From Yuukianura sp. NJ FZ-2021 (Eukaryota): a stretch of 64,000 nt of DNA. A program made the translations under genes and the position numbers. The notes below the pieces were generated by a model that was given only the letters and a program-made list of their open reading frames with translations, was not told the DNA's origin and searched no databases. Positions 39,415 to 50,704 of the stretch are shown here, in pieces. The stretch's first letter is position 1. Every line of letters starts with the position of its first letter. The DNA lies in NCBI GenBank assembly GCA_046563655.1, contig CM102283.1, forward strand, positions 5,766,001-5,830,000, written 5' to 3'.

Positions 39415-41862
39415 ATGGAGTTTTTGAGGCTTCTGTGGTTGACAATTGCTTTAATTTTGGTTGGAATTGTTGTTGAAAATGGCGGAAGTGCTTTGCCACC
39501 AGACTACCACAAAGAGGTCACTCGGGTCAAAGGTGGAGTCAAGTCAAAAGTTAGTATACACATCAAGTCAGCTCGCGCAGAACTTCCGGAAGGAGTTGTT
39601 CACCCTGTGACGAAGAAAAAGACTACGAAAGTTAGTATCAAAAAACCAAATGTTTCTGTTCACGTTGTCAAGAAAAAACCGACTCATGTTGCTAAAGCTG
39701 TTGGAGTTCATGTTGCACAGGCGCCTGTCATCGCAAAAAGCAAAATTGTCGGACTAAATGTCGCTAAAAAACCAGTCGTCGCCAAAAGCAAAACTGTCGG
39801 AGTAAATGTTGCGAAGAAGCCAGCGTTAGGAAAACCTAAGAAAACCGTAGCGGTAAAGGTTGCACATGCTCCGGTCGCTACTGCTCATGTCGTTCCTCAT
39901 GTCACCAAGAATGTCACCAAGAGCCTCCATAAGAAATTATCGGCAGCAGCGCTGGAAAAACGAATTTCTCTGATTCAGAAACTACAAGACGATCTGAAAT
40001 CTGGAACGTTGAATGCCACTTTTGCTAAAGCGATTGCTGCTTTTGCATTGACCCCAGGGTTTCCCATTGCTCCAGAATTGCAGGTAACAAAGAATGTAAC
40101 AAAAACAAAATCTGTAACGGCAGGCGAGCCTGAGGCAGCAGTATCAGTATCAGCAGCAGCAGCATCCGATGAAGATGTTGAAAGCGGCGAAAAGGCAACG
40201 GTAACCGTGTCCAAGGATATCTTCAAGGATTTGTCAGAGACAACGACAGCTCCAGTTGGAAGTGCTGAGGAGGCTACGACGCCTGCTGAAGCTGATGATT
40301 CCGCTGATTCTGCATCTGCCGAAACAACTCCAGTGGATGACACTGATAGTGATGAATCTGCTGCCACCGACTCTGCTGAGGAAGTCGAAACGACTCCAAC
40401 AAATGATTCGGCTGCAGAAAGTGAGGAATCCGCCGAAAGCGAAGAAACGACTCCAGCTGAAAGCTCCTCTGATGAAAGCGCTGAAACGACTCCGGCAAAT
40501 GACTCATCTGCTGAAAGTGATGAAGCGACTCCGGCAAATGACTCATCTGCTGAAAGTGATGAAACGACTCCAGCAAACGACTCATCTGCTGAAAGTGATG
40601 AAACGACTCCAGCAAACGACTCATCTGCTGAAAGTGATGAAACGACTCCAGCAAACGACTCATCTGCTGAAAGTGATGAAACGACTCCAGCAACCGACTC
40701 ATCTGCTGAAAGTGACGAATCGGCTGAAAGTGCAGAAACAACACCAGCAAATAGCGAATCGGCTGAAAGCGACGAAACAACTCCAGCAAACGACTCATCT
40801 GCTGAAAGTGATGAAACGACTCCAGAAAATGACACATCCGCTGAAATTGATGAAACGACTCCAGAAAGTGACGCATCCGCCGAAAGCGATGAAACGACTC
40901 CAGCAAACGACTCATCTGCTGAAAGTGACGAAACAGCTGAAAGCGATGAAACAACACCAGCTAATTCTCCAGACAGCGATGAATCTGCCGACTCGTCAGC
41001 CGAGAGCAGCGAAACCACTCCAGAAGCAGCCTCTGCAAGTGACGAATCAACAGAAACTCCGGACAGCGACGAAACCGCTACCGCTGCAAGCTCGGCTTCT
41101 GCCAGCGACGAATCCACTGACGCGTCTGCGCAAAGCGACGAATCAACTCGTCCTCCTGTTTCCATTATTGTATCTATTGAAGAATCCGATGAAGCCGACT
41201 CTTCTCCAGAAGATTCCGCTGCCAGTGACGATACCACTCCAGCAGAAAGTGATTCCGAAGAAGGTGAAGATTCCACTGCTGGAACCACCGCAGATGACTC
41301 CAACGAATCCTCAGCCGAAGATACCGAAACAGCCACTCCATCCGAAGCCACTTCGGATGAAGCCGATGATACATCTAATTCGGTGTCCGACAGCGATGAA
41401 GCTGAAAGTTCCGAAAGTACCGAATCACCACCATCTGGAATCAATATCACTATTTCCAAAGAGGTTTCTGCCGAAGAAGCTGACGCTGATGCTGCCAGTA
41501 CTGCGGATTTAAGTAAAACAGTCTCCATTGAAGTTAGCGCTGAAGATGCTGCTCCTACTGACGCCATTATCCAGGACATCACTTTGAACAAAACCTTGAC
41601 ATTTGACTTTGGTGCTCAACCTGATGCTGCCGCAGTCGACGCCGAGAACACAGTGGCTGTTGGAGATTATGACAACAGTGGAGATGCCGGAGTGGCGCCA
41701 GGATTTGAAAAGAACGTTAACATTACAGTAGAGGTCAACCCCACCAATGCTGCTCCCGAAGCTCTTCCTTTCGCAGAAGCTCTCCATGGAAACCGTCGTC
41801 ATCACGTTGGCGGAAGAGTCCGACACCGTGACTACAGGGAAACTTTTTTCCTCCTCCAATAA
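39415..41862 (+). CDS. Secreted mucin-like protein, 815 aa, single coding exon; basic Lys/Val N-region, acidic Ser/Thr/Asp/Glu repeat core
   Basis: Signal peptide MEFLRLLWLTIALILVGIVV, AAAATGG start context, long ORF with 13-aa repeats, and AATAAA near the stop. Confidence 0.88.
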   Translation: MEFLRLLWLTIALILVGIVVENGGSALPPDYHKEVTRVKGGVKSKVSIHIKSARAELPEGVVHPVTKKKTTKVSIKKPNVSVHVVKKKPTHVAKAVGVHVAQAPVIAKSKIVGLNVAKKPVVAKSKTVGVNVAKKPALGKPKKTVAVKVAHAPVATAHVVPHVTKNVTKSLHKKLSAAALEKRISLIQKLQDDLKSGTLNATFAKAIAAFALTPGFPIAPELQVTKNVTKTKSVTAGEPEAAVSVSAAAASDEDVESGEKATVTVSKDIFKDLSETTTAPVGSAEEATTPAEADDSADSASAETTPVDDTDSDESAATDSAEEVETTPTNDSAAESEESAESEETTPAESSSDESAETTPANDSSAESDEATPANDSSAESDETTPANDSSAESDETTPANDSSAESDETTPANDSSAESDETTPATDSSAESDESAESAETTPANSESAESDETTPANDSSAESDETTPENDTSAEIDETTPESDASAESDETTPANDSSAESDETAESDETTPANSPDSDESADSSAESSETTPEAASASDESTETPDSDETATAASSASASDESTDASAQSDESTRPPVSIIVSIEESDEADSSPEDSAASDDTTPAESDSEEGEDSTAGTTADDSNESSAEDTETATPSEATSDEADDTSNSVSDSDEAESSESTESPPSGINITISKEVSAEEADADAASTADLSKTVSIEVSAEDAAPTDAIIQDITLNKTLTFDFGAQPDAAAVDAENTVAVGDYDNSGDAGVAPGFEKNVNITVEVNPTNAAPEALPFAEALHGNRRHHVGGRVRHRDYRETFFLLQ
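40470..40930 (+). repeat. 39-bp coding tandem repeat (DETTPANDSSAES)
   Basis: Unit GATGAAACGACTCCAGCAAACGACTCATCTGCTGAAAGT is repeated with variants. Confidence 0.95.
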
Positions 41863-42115
41863 ATTCAAATCCTCAATCAACCGGTTAATTAATCATCTAT
41901 GTCAATTAATTACAAATTGTTAAATAAAATTATAAACTCCAAATTTCCTCATTTTAATTACTAGTTAATTAACAATTCTACGATTTAATAGTACACAATT
42001 AATTCAACTCGAATACGAACACACAAACACACACGATACAAAACTGATTGTTATAAATTATAATACTAGAGTAGTCAAACATGAAAATCTCGTAACATTT
42101 CCTTTTGATAGCAAT

Positions 42116-42286
42116 TACCGTAAAACTTCTAACAAAACGTCAGGGCGTTTATTCAAAATCGCAACTTTTACACACACCGTTTAAAACAGACCGTGGCGCT
42201 TATTTATAACTTTGGGTTGAACCCCCGGCGTTTAATAGAGACCCGGCGCTTATGAGAGGTTGAGGTATATTAGAAGTTTTACGGTA
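42116..42286. mobile_element. MITE, Tc1/mariner-pogo-like (TA-flanked TIRs)
   Basis: TA-CCGTAAAACTTCTAA ... TTAGAAGTTTTACGG-TA, with internal (CC)GGCG(T/C)TTA subrepeats. Confidence 0.8.
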
Positions 42287-42443
42287 ATACCTTTGTCCAA
42301 AATGCATATGGTTAAAGTTAGATTAATTACGAGATTAATTCATTAATACGTTGTTCGGTACGACATTTCTGCACTGGTATGGCACGGTTTAGAGACTAAA
42401 ACTTGTTAATACAGCAACCGACATCTGAAAATTGCGCAACTCC

Positions 42444-45400
42444 TTATTCTGGAGCCTTCTTGTGCTGAGCCCAACCATGGAAGCATTTCGTAAATTTCCG
42501 ACTCTCTCGTCCTTTCAAGCTTGCAAATAATTTCCTTGGTCTCTCAGGTTGCTTGGCTCTCAAATGTTGGATGTAAACTTGAGCCGATTTGAAGGCCAGC
42601 TTGACCTCAACTTCAGACGAAGTTGGACCAAGCCACAAGAAAACTTGGTCTCCATTGTCCAGAATCATGATATCGTCATCTGCAAGATCATCTTGACAAA
42701 AGTCTGAACACTTCTCAGAAATGATGAAATAGCCTTTTTCATTGGAACAGCGGAACAGACGTGTGTGGTTCATCCATTCTGCACCGTCTTCGTATTCTTT
42801 TTTGCCTCCCAGGGCTAGCCAAAAGAAGTTCTCCGGCTCTTCTCCTTCGTTTAAAATTTGAAGGCTAAATTTATCCTATAGCACAAAAAAAGGTATTGAA
42901 AAAGAGAAACTTAGCGTTGCATAACGAATTTCTAATTTTACAGGATTGAAGTAGGTGGTTGCAATCTCTTCAGCCAGTTTCCCTTCGTCTTCTCTGGATT
43001 TCCCCCCGATCCAAACATAAACAATGCCATTAGCTTCGTCTCCTCCGAAAGCAACCTTCAAAATGTAGCTGCAAAAAATAGTAAAAAAAAAATTAAGATT
43101 TACGATGCGGATGTAATTGTCGTGACTATCAATACTTTTGCAGTAAAAAATATACCAAAAGGCGGAGTTGAGTAATGATGGATCGCTGGAGATTTGGATC
43201 GTACGCGTACATAGAGCTGAACCTCCGTTTGACCTCAGCTGATAAAATTCCGTGTCGTTGGTCACTTGTCCTCGTTTTCCACTTCTGATGAGCATTTTCC
43301 TTTTGAAATGAGCCAAAAACTTAAACGACTCTTGCTGTTGATGAGTTCGAACAACTTCCAGTTTGTCTCCAAACAAAGATTCGAATTTCTTCTGCAAACT
43401 GAACGTAAATGTAAGCCATCCCATGTTGCCAGCATCTCTTCCCTGCCAAAAGTACACGACACACTGGAAGTCCTCTTCTAAACTTTCACAAGCATCTTCA
43501 TCTGGATTCTCTACTGGGATCCAATATCGACAGAGAAACACGTAACAGTCTCCAGTATGGAAAATTCCAAATTCGTCTTCTGGTAACCTCACGAACTTCT
43601 TTCCTTCTAGTACAAAACACTCCATGGCTTCTAAATCTTCATTCCAGTCTTCTATCAACTGAGCCGCTTCTAGCTCTCCCACTGAAGCTTGACGTGGTGC
43701 AAAGAGAGCTGAGAGATCAGCTTTTGCTTCTTGTTTATCTGCCCATTTCGCAAGATCTGCTCCAGTTTTGGCCACTGAAGCAGCAGTTCTTGTAAAGTCT
43801 ACGGCGATGACTTCGTCCCACTGCGTGAACTTCGACCGGAAGATTTGGTTTTCAGCTCCTTCTTGAACTCTAGAGACTAAGGAGTATCCGTAAGGACGCT
43901 CGATCATTTGGAAAAGTTCTTGAGAAAGCTTCAGTGATGCTGCGCGAACCAATCGGGTTGACTTTTTGCCGATCCTGCAAACAAAAAAAAACAGTTATTA
44001 TGTAGTTTTAATTCCAAAAATTCACTTCAGTTGTACTAGTTTGGTCGGAACGAGTTCTTTGAAAACTTACCAAACAAAGACTTCTGACAAACAGTCTAGG
44101 ATGTAGACGTTCTTTGTATTGAGAAGGTCAGGGGTCAACTTGTTATGTGGCACTTCAACTTGCGGCAGTTCCAAATAGCCCATTCCAAGTCCAACTTGAT
44201 AAAGACGTGGAGTAATTGGTTCGTAGTCCGATGGCACATGTTCCTATAGCAACCGAAACAAAATTATTAGTCAAACCACAGTAACAAAAATGCTAATTCC
44301 CGCCAAAATTTAAAATTAATCGGTAAGTCCTCGGAAGTCGGTTACAGCTAAAACTGTCATCTAAATTCCTAAATTCTCTCGAGTTGTTGGTAAAATGCGG
44401 CATTTGAGTTTTGCAGCTCCTCGAAACCCTTGCTGCGGCTGCCGCCGTCGTTGCCCTGCACCTTGTTCCAGTTATACACCCTGCGCAGAGACCAGCAGTA
44501 TTTCGCAGTATACTTTTCCCAACAGCCTTCCAGTACATTCATACTGCCCTGATTTCATGTTACGAGCTGCAAAAAAGTATGGATCGTCACAACGACATTG
44601 CATGCGAGGATGCTGCGAAGATTGCTGCGAGGCTGCTGGATCACCCTCATTATTCTACTCCACTCAACGTGACCTCCAGCGAGATCAGTTCCGATCCTAC
44701 GTCTATTCATTGACACCCTGAGGGTCTACGGAACTCAAGTAGGCATTAACTAAATTTTTAACAAATAGTGCAATACTGCCTGAGCCAGCATACTTACCAA
44801 TATTTCTCCACTTGGTGTCTCTCCTGCACAGATAACTTTCCAGAAGTCTTCCAGTTCTTGGCCTTGAGAGAAAACGTATATTTCGCCCATATTCTTCCGT
44901 TCCTCCTTGTTGATTTTTTCTGCCAAGAGCCTAAATGGAGAAAACGTTACTCATTATATCATTCAAAATTATGAAATCGAGTTAAACAAAATGAGATTAA
45001 ATCGAACCTTGCTTTCGGCCTCAGCGTACTCTTGGATTTCTTCCCGAACCAAACGAAGATCTTGAGTCCATCGTCCAAAACAAATACAAAGTTAGGATCC
45101 AGCGAACCATATTTGACTTCCACTGGTTCGAGGGTGATAGAAGAGCCTTTTCCATGTACCCGGTACAGTCTTGTCATGTACTCCTTTAACGTAAATCGTT
45201 TGTTATACATTTTGAAAAATGAAAAGAACGAGATACAATGGTGGAAATGTACCGTTTCATCAACTGTGAAAAATCCGCTAGCAGTCCTTCCGCCTTCCAC
45301 GTAAGTCATGGAATCGAATAGAGCGAGAAACTCTCCGGTTTCGTCTCCTTGTTCTTCTCTGCCCGTACGGCATTGAGCTCCCTGTAGCAATCGAATTCCG

Positions 45401-47653
45401 GTGGTAAGTAAATTGTATAATACAGGCAGATGAAAGGATAGAAATGCGAAGTTAGACGAGAACTTACCAAGTAGTTCCGGAGGTTGACGGCGTGAATAGC
45501 AGCACATGCTCGCTTATCCAACTAAAAATATTTCAGATACAAAAGTTGCAAGAAATCAAGCAACGTAACTGATAAATTTAAGTTTGTTATGTGAAAGAAG
45601 TGGAGAGCTTGCTTACTGTTGCTTTGGATCCTATCCAGAAGAATATTTTCCAATCCAGTGCGTTGTTACTGTCCAGGAAAGTGTAGAGAACGATATAACA
45701 ATCTCCTTCGTAGAACTTTCCGTGTCCAGATTCTTCTATTTGGTTAGGCAGAAAGTTTTCAATTTCCCATATGACCATACCCGGAATTTGTCCAACATCT
45801 TCATCGAAGAACTCAGAATAATCAAGCGGTGGTTTCTCTAAAGCCTCATCCCATCTTTTTGGTTTCAGTGATTCAGCTTTGTTGTCATTCAAATGCTTGT
45901 TTTTATCTTTTGCAACGTCCTCCATCCCTTTAAGTACTTTGGCTTGTGCTGTATCAGCTTCACCACCAACACGACGGCGTAACCGGAGTTTTCTGGCGAT
46001 AGGATCCTTACTGGGAGCTGGAAAGCAAACACATTGTCACTAAATTACTATAAATCTTCCACTTCCAGCACCATTGCTAACTACATTGCGTTTCACTTAC
46101 CGAGGGGAAGCTGTGGAGGTAAACTGGCACCGGCAAGACGCAGTTGATTTTGCAGTGAGAAATCAATATTGTAAAACCGGACATCTCTTCCTGACACAAT
46201 TGTGGTGGTGGGCTTCGGTGGCATAACCAAATCCGGATTGTCCTTTAAGTCCAGTACTTCCAAATCCGTTAGCAAATGAATTGCATCCGGTAGAGTAATT
46301 AGACGATTCCCATTCAAGATCAATTTCTTTAGTGACCCACATCTAAGTCAAAGTAAAGTTAAGAAATGTTTTACTTTTTTGTAAGATTCGATAAACTTAT
46401 GTTACTCTCTCACCGGCAAAGGCCTTCGGGAATCATTTCTAACTGGTTGTCAGCGGCTGAAAATACTTGCAAGTATCCCAATTTCCCAATCCCGGATGGA
46501 ATTCCTTCGAAGTCCAACTTATTGCCATTTATAAACAAACGTCGCAGTGAAGCAATTTTACAGAGTGATTGCGGAAGAGCTTCCAATTCGTTTCGACAGA
46601 GATTCAGCACCTCAAGTTTGCTCCAATTATCTGAAATAAATGAGTAAATTAAAACAAAAGGCCAGCATATCACGTATAACAGAAGTTCCAACTTGCCGAT
46701 TGCTGGTGTAATTTCTTTAAGTTTGTTTTCGGCCATGTTAAGTCGTTTTAGGTTGGGAAGTGTCAAGAGTCCGTCTGGAATCTTAGTAAGACCGTTTCTG
46801 CTCAAATCCACGTCCGCTAAATTCGTCAAAGTATCCAAATTCACTGGCAAATTGTTTAGCGACCTTTGCGTGTTCCGCATATGCAGAGTCTCGAGAGAGA
46901 TTAATGAAGGCAACTGCCTGCGAGTGACATAAGAAACGAGTAAAATGAAAACATGTTTCTGTTGGAGTGAATTTGAATTTAGACTTAGATGGATACCTGA
47001 ATTGAAATAGTGCCAGTGGATTGTCATTCAGTACCAGTATTTGAAGATGAATAAGTCTTCGCATTTGCGGTGGCAGTGTTTCCAATCTATTACAACTTAA
47101 ATCCAGATGAATTAAGTCGCTGAGATTCATCAGTACGTTCCCAGGTATACTATCGATTGAATTGTTGCTAAGATTGAGGACTAGCAACGCCTTGGCCTTT
47201 TCCAAACCCTGCGGTAACTCCTTCAACGAATTCCAGCTAAGATCCATAGTTGTCAAATCATCATTATCGAACAGTTCATGTGGTACGCCTGAAGACTTGA
47301 TCTTGTTATGGCGAAGATTAATGGTACGGAGACAGGGAAGAGACGTAAGTTCTCCAAATACTTTTTCTAGATTATTCCTACGTAGCGATATGAACTCCAG
47401 CTTCTGGACCGCTGCAAGTTCTGGAGGTATAAAATCCAGGCCCGTTTTGTCTAATCGTAGCCAACGGAGGCTCTGCATATCGGCGACTGATTTTGGAAAC
47501 TCCTTGTTCTAAAACAAAAGGCAAATTTGTACCTTACTGAATAAGAAGTTAAAGGTTACACGGTAAATATTTGTTCTTTCAAAGATTTACCTGGAAATCG
47601 TTCTGAGAGAAATCGACTCCTCGTACGAACGGAAGTACTCCGGTCTTGGCCAT
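42444..47653 (-). CDS. FLII: Protein flightless-1 (LRR plus gelsolin repeats), multi-exon
   Basis: [18 protein letters not shown] array, [45 protein letters not shown] and C-terminal [12 protein letters not shown]. Confidence 0.97.
44395..44721 (+). CDS. Candidate nested antisense Cys-rich small protein (108 aa) in flightless-I intron 44244-44797
   Basis: AAAATG start, GC-rich ORF with [13 protein letters not shown] and [12 protein letters not shown] clusters, in an intron several times longer than its neighbours. Confidence 0.5.
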   Translation: MRHLSFAAPRNPCCGCRRRCPAPCSSYTPCAETSSISQYTFPNSLPVHSYCPDFMLRAAKKYGSSQRHCMRGCCEDCCEAAGSPSLFYSTQRDLQRDQFRSYVYSLTP

Positions 47654-49309
47654 TTTTAAGAGATGTCAAAGTAAAATTAAATTCGATTTCGGTGTATAGT
47701 AGACCTTCGTAAGCAGTCGCCCTCGATAAAGCCGACTCGTCGTCGGATAAAGCTTTGACCGTAGCCTGGAGATCTCAACGTAACTTGGCCTTTATCTTCT
47801 GCGATAAACGTCGATTGACCTTTGACACGAAGTAGGACCGAGTGGGTAGCTAAGTTAATTAGGGAGTGGCCCACGCAAATCCAGTTTTACGTTCGCTATT
47901 ACAAAAATATCATTTGATTCCAGATGAAAACAAATGTTCCTGTGAGTTTTTTGTTGTTGAATTTCCCTTTCACTAAAGATTGAGATCATCTGGGGGTAGT
48001 CTATTCCGCTGAATTCTCTACAAGTGAGCGGATTCCTCAGATCAACCTCTTAAATGCCAATAAAAGGAGGTCAACAACGCCACAAGTTCATGAGACTTCA
48101 TTTTGGAACATTATAGTAATGTTATTACTGTAAATTCTCATAAATGGACACGGTTTTTACATCAAGTTGTTTTTTAATGACGTATCTTTGAACGGCGAGC
48201 AGCCACCAGCTACTTGGCCAATCTCACGTCGTCAGTTGGACAAGTCCAAGTGGTAGTGAAATTCTAGTCTTGGCATTGTTTTAGGTACTTATGTACGATA
48301 ACACTACCAACTTGTAAGTACTTTGAAAAGTTTCACCCCGTATGTCATCATCTTCGTCACTTTTATTTACTTGTCTTGTCAAGTTCATGGAGTAACTTTA
48401 CAACAAAGTACCTAAAAGCTTTTGACCATTTCCGTACGGAACTTCTAGTAAGGATATAAAATGCCCTTCCATTTTAATTTAAAACAAAGTTATTGCAGGG
48501 AATTCCAATGTGGGAATTCCTGAGGTCATCAATTCCGGAACTTGATTGTTTTCAAATATGTGCTTCCAAAAACAAATATTTTCGAAAATAAATACTCAGA
48601 AATAGTAGTTGTGTCCTGGTGTCCCACCGCAGTCCAGAAAATGTTTTCCACAATGATTATCTTCTAGTATTTTAGTAAAAAACTGAAACTCAGTTTTGAA
48701 ACAGGATTCCACAAAATCCTCATCGCAATTGCAATCAACAAAAAATGCTACATCCTGAAAATCCAAATTTACGTACAAACTTATATAAAAATATCCATGA
48801 AAAACGTAATTGGACAAGAAAAACAAGAACTGGATTTGGAAAAACAATTAAAGGCAAAAGTGAATAAATCAATGCCGAGGGAGAGGGGATTGTTCATTGA
48901 AAACCGGTTGATTGTCTTTGTTCCTTGGAAAAGCATGACGAAGTTTATTCCATCTTCATTCCAGAACAAAGCCTATGGACACCAATCGATTCAACCTCCC
49001 CAGTGACTCAAACAAGTTCTAAATGACCTTGAACGCAGACGCAGAAATCCCCAACTTCAGGCCAATACGTTGATCATGACGACGTCAGCGTCCACGAGGA
49101 CGTGTTCACCTACAACATTTTTGCATACGGCAAATAAATTTAATGGCGTCAACTTTTGTTCAATTTGTTGTTAAGCAGTATGTGGGGTATAAAAAGACTG
49201 GAACTATTAACCCAGAGTTGTAGTCGTTTCTCCATTGCAAAAGTGAATAATCTTAATCCCCTTTTTTGAATTTTATCGCTTCATTTTATACGCAGTTACG
49301 CTTTAGAAC

Positions 49310-49856
49310 ATGGCCATGTTAGCACTAACCCTTCTTTGTCTAGTCTCTCTGTCACTAGCACTGCCAGGTAATTTACGAAAACGTTTTAAAATCGTGATTA
49401 TATAGGTTTGATAAAAAAAAATTTTTTTTATAAAAGTGTTTCACTTTGATTTCAGAACCTCAATACGATTACGGTGGTTACGGAGGTCGAGGTGGGTACC
49501 ACCATGGTCGCGGACATGGTGGTAGAGGACGCTACGGACATGGACATGGCGGTTTCGGAAATTATGGTGGCAACTACGGTGGCTACGGAGGCCGTCCTGG
49601 TGGCTACGGAGATGATTATTATGGAGGACGTCCAGGCGGTGGCTTCGGCGGTCGTCCAGGATACGGATATGGAGGAGGTCCTTACGGAGGCGGCGGATTT
49701 GGGGGAGGTCGGAGTCAATCCCAATCCAGCGCCAGCGCAAATGCTCAAAACTACAATGCAAACTTAGGATTTGGGCCGTTCAATGCCGGCATTTCATCAT
49801 CCTCTGCACAAGCGTCGGCTCAGGCTGGTGCTGGTGGAAACAATTTTGGAAAATAG
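49310..49856 (+). CDS. Glycine-rich secreted protein; exons 49310-49367 and 49457-49856
   Basis: TATAAAAA at ~49188, signal peptide MAMLALTLLCLVSLSLALP, GGY/GGR/GHG repeats and a SSSAQASAQAGAG tail. Confidence 0.9.
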
Positions 49857-50704
49857 TTAGTAGTCTCCGCAATAATTTACAAAATATCGATATTAATTCA
49901 CAAAATAACTCAAACATACACAAAATATACAAAAAACATGACACTTCGTTGGGAAGTCTATTTTTAAACTAAAAAGTAGCAGATTGTAACTATTTCAGTT
50001 TAGTTGGCTAAAATACAAAAATTAGGTTTTGTGACATGAAACAGCAATTGTACAGGGTTTAAATAAATAACTTATTAAAATAAAAACGAGTCAAAATTTG
50101 ATTGAAAGTGACTAGTAAGTTATCGTACTCTGCGTACTTACTAATTGTAAAGTACTTATTATGGTAACTAATAATTAAGTTCATACCTTTATCTGACAAG
50201 TTCGACACAGTCTGTGGATTAGTCGAACCATCCTTGTGCCAATGTTGTGCTAATTCCTGCTGGTTAGAGCTGATGATGAGGAGCGAAAGTAAAGCAAGGG
50301 AGAAGAGGGAAGGGAACAACGACTTCGTATCTTCTTCACAGTCTGTCTGCTTGAATTTGCTAATTTTTGGTTAGTTTAATACCTAATTGACTTGAATCCA
50401 GTACCATATAATTCCTAGTTCCTGGATGCGCATAGAGATCTTCATTTCAGATCTATTATCATTGGATTTGTCACCATTTGGTGCGAAAAGGATTGCTGTT
50501 GTGTACATTACTTTTCGCAGTTTGGCTTTGGATTGGCCTAGGCCACCTCTGCATTGGAGATATAAGACAAAGGTAAAGCATTTACATGTATGAGGAAATA
50601 CATTTAACTTAATGTATTTTATAATTGTCTGTCTGGTGTTGCAGGATCCAAGGCACAAACAAGTATGCTCTGTTCTTTGGCTCGAAGTCTATGATTCGAT
50701 AAAA

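Noticed and set aside
39975-41591. 538-aa antisense ORF and other-frame ORFs (40256-41512, 40274-40957)
   Set aside because: Shadows of the repetitive codon usage of the mucin-like gene, with no independent start signals.
46918-46996. Possible U12-type intron in flightless-I (donor GTATCCAT)
   Set aside because: The donor deviates from GTATCCTT and no TCCTTAAC branch site is visible.
49446-49856. Springtail-type Gly-X-X antifreeze protein
   Set aside because: Glycines are not in strict tripeptide register, and the protein is rich in Tyr/Arg/His rather than Ala.
50059-50319. Minus-strand ORF resembling a signal peptide (FPSLFSLALLSLLII)
   Set aside because: No ATG and no convincing spliced product. 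It is more simply the reverse complement of a purine-rich probable 5' UTR of the ZNF800-like gene.
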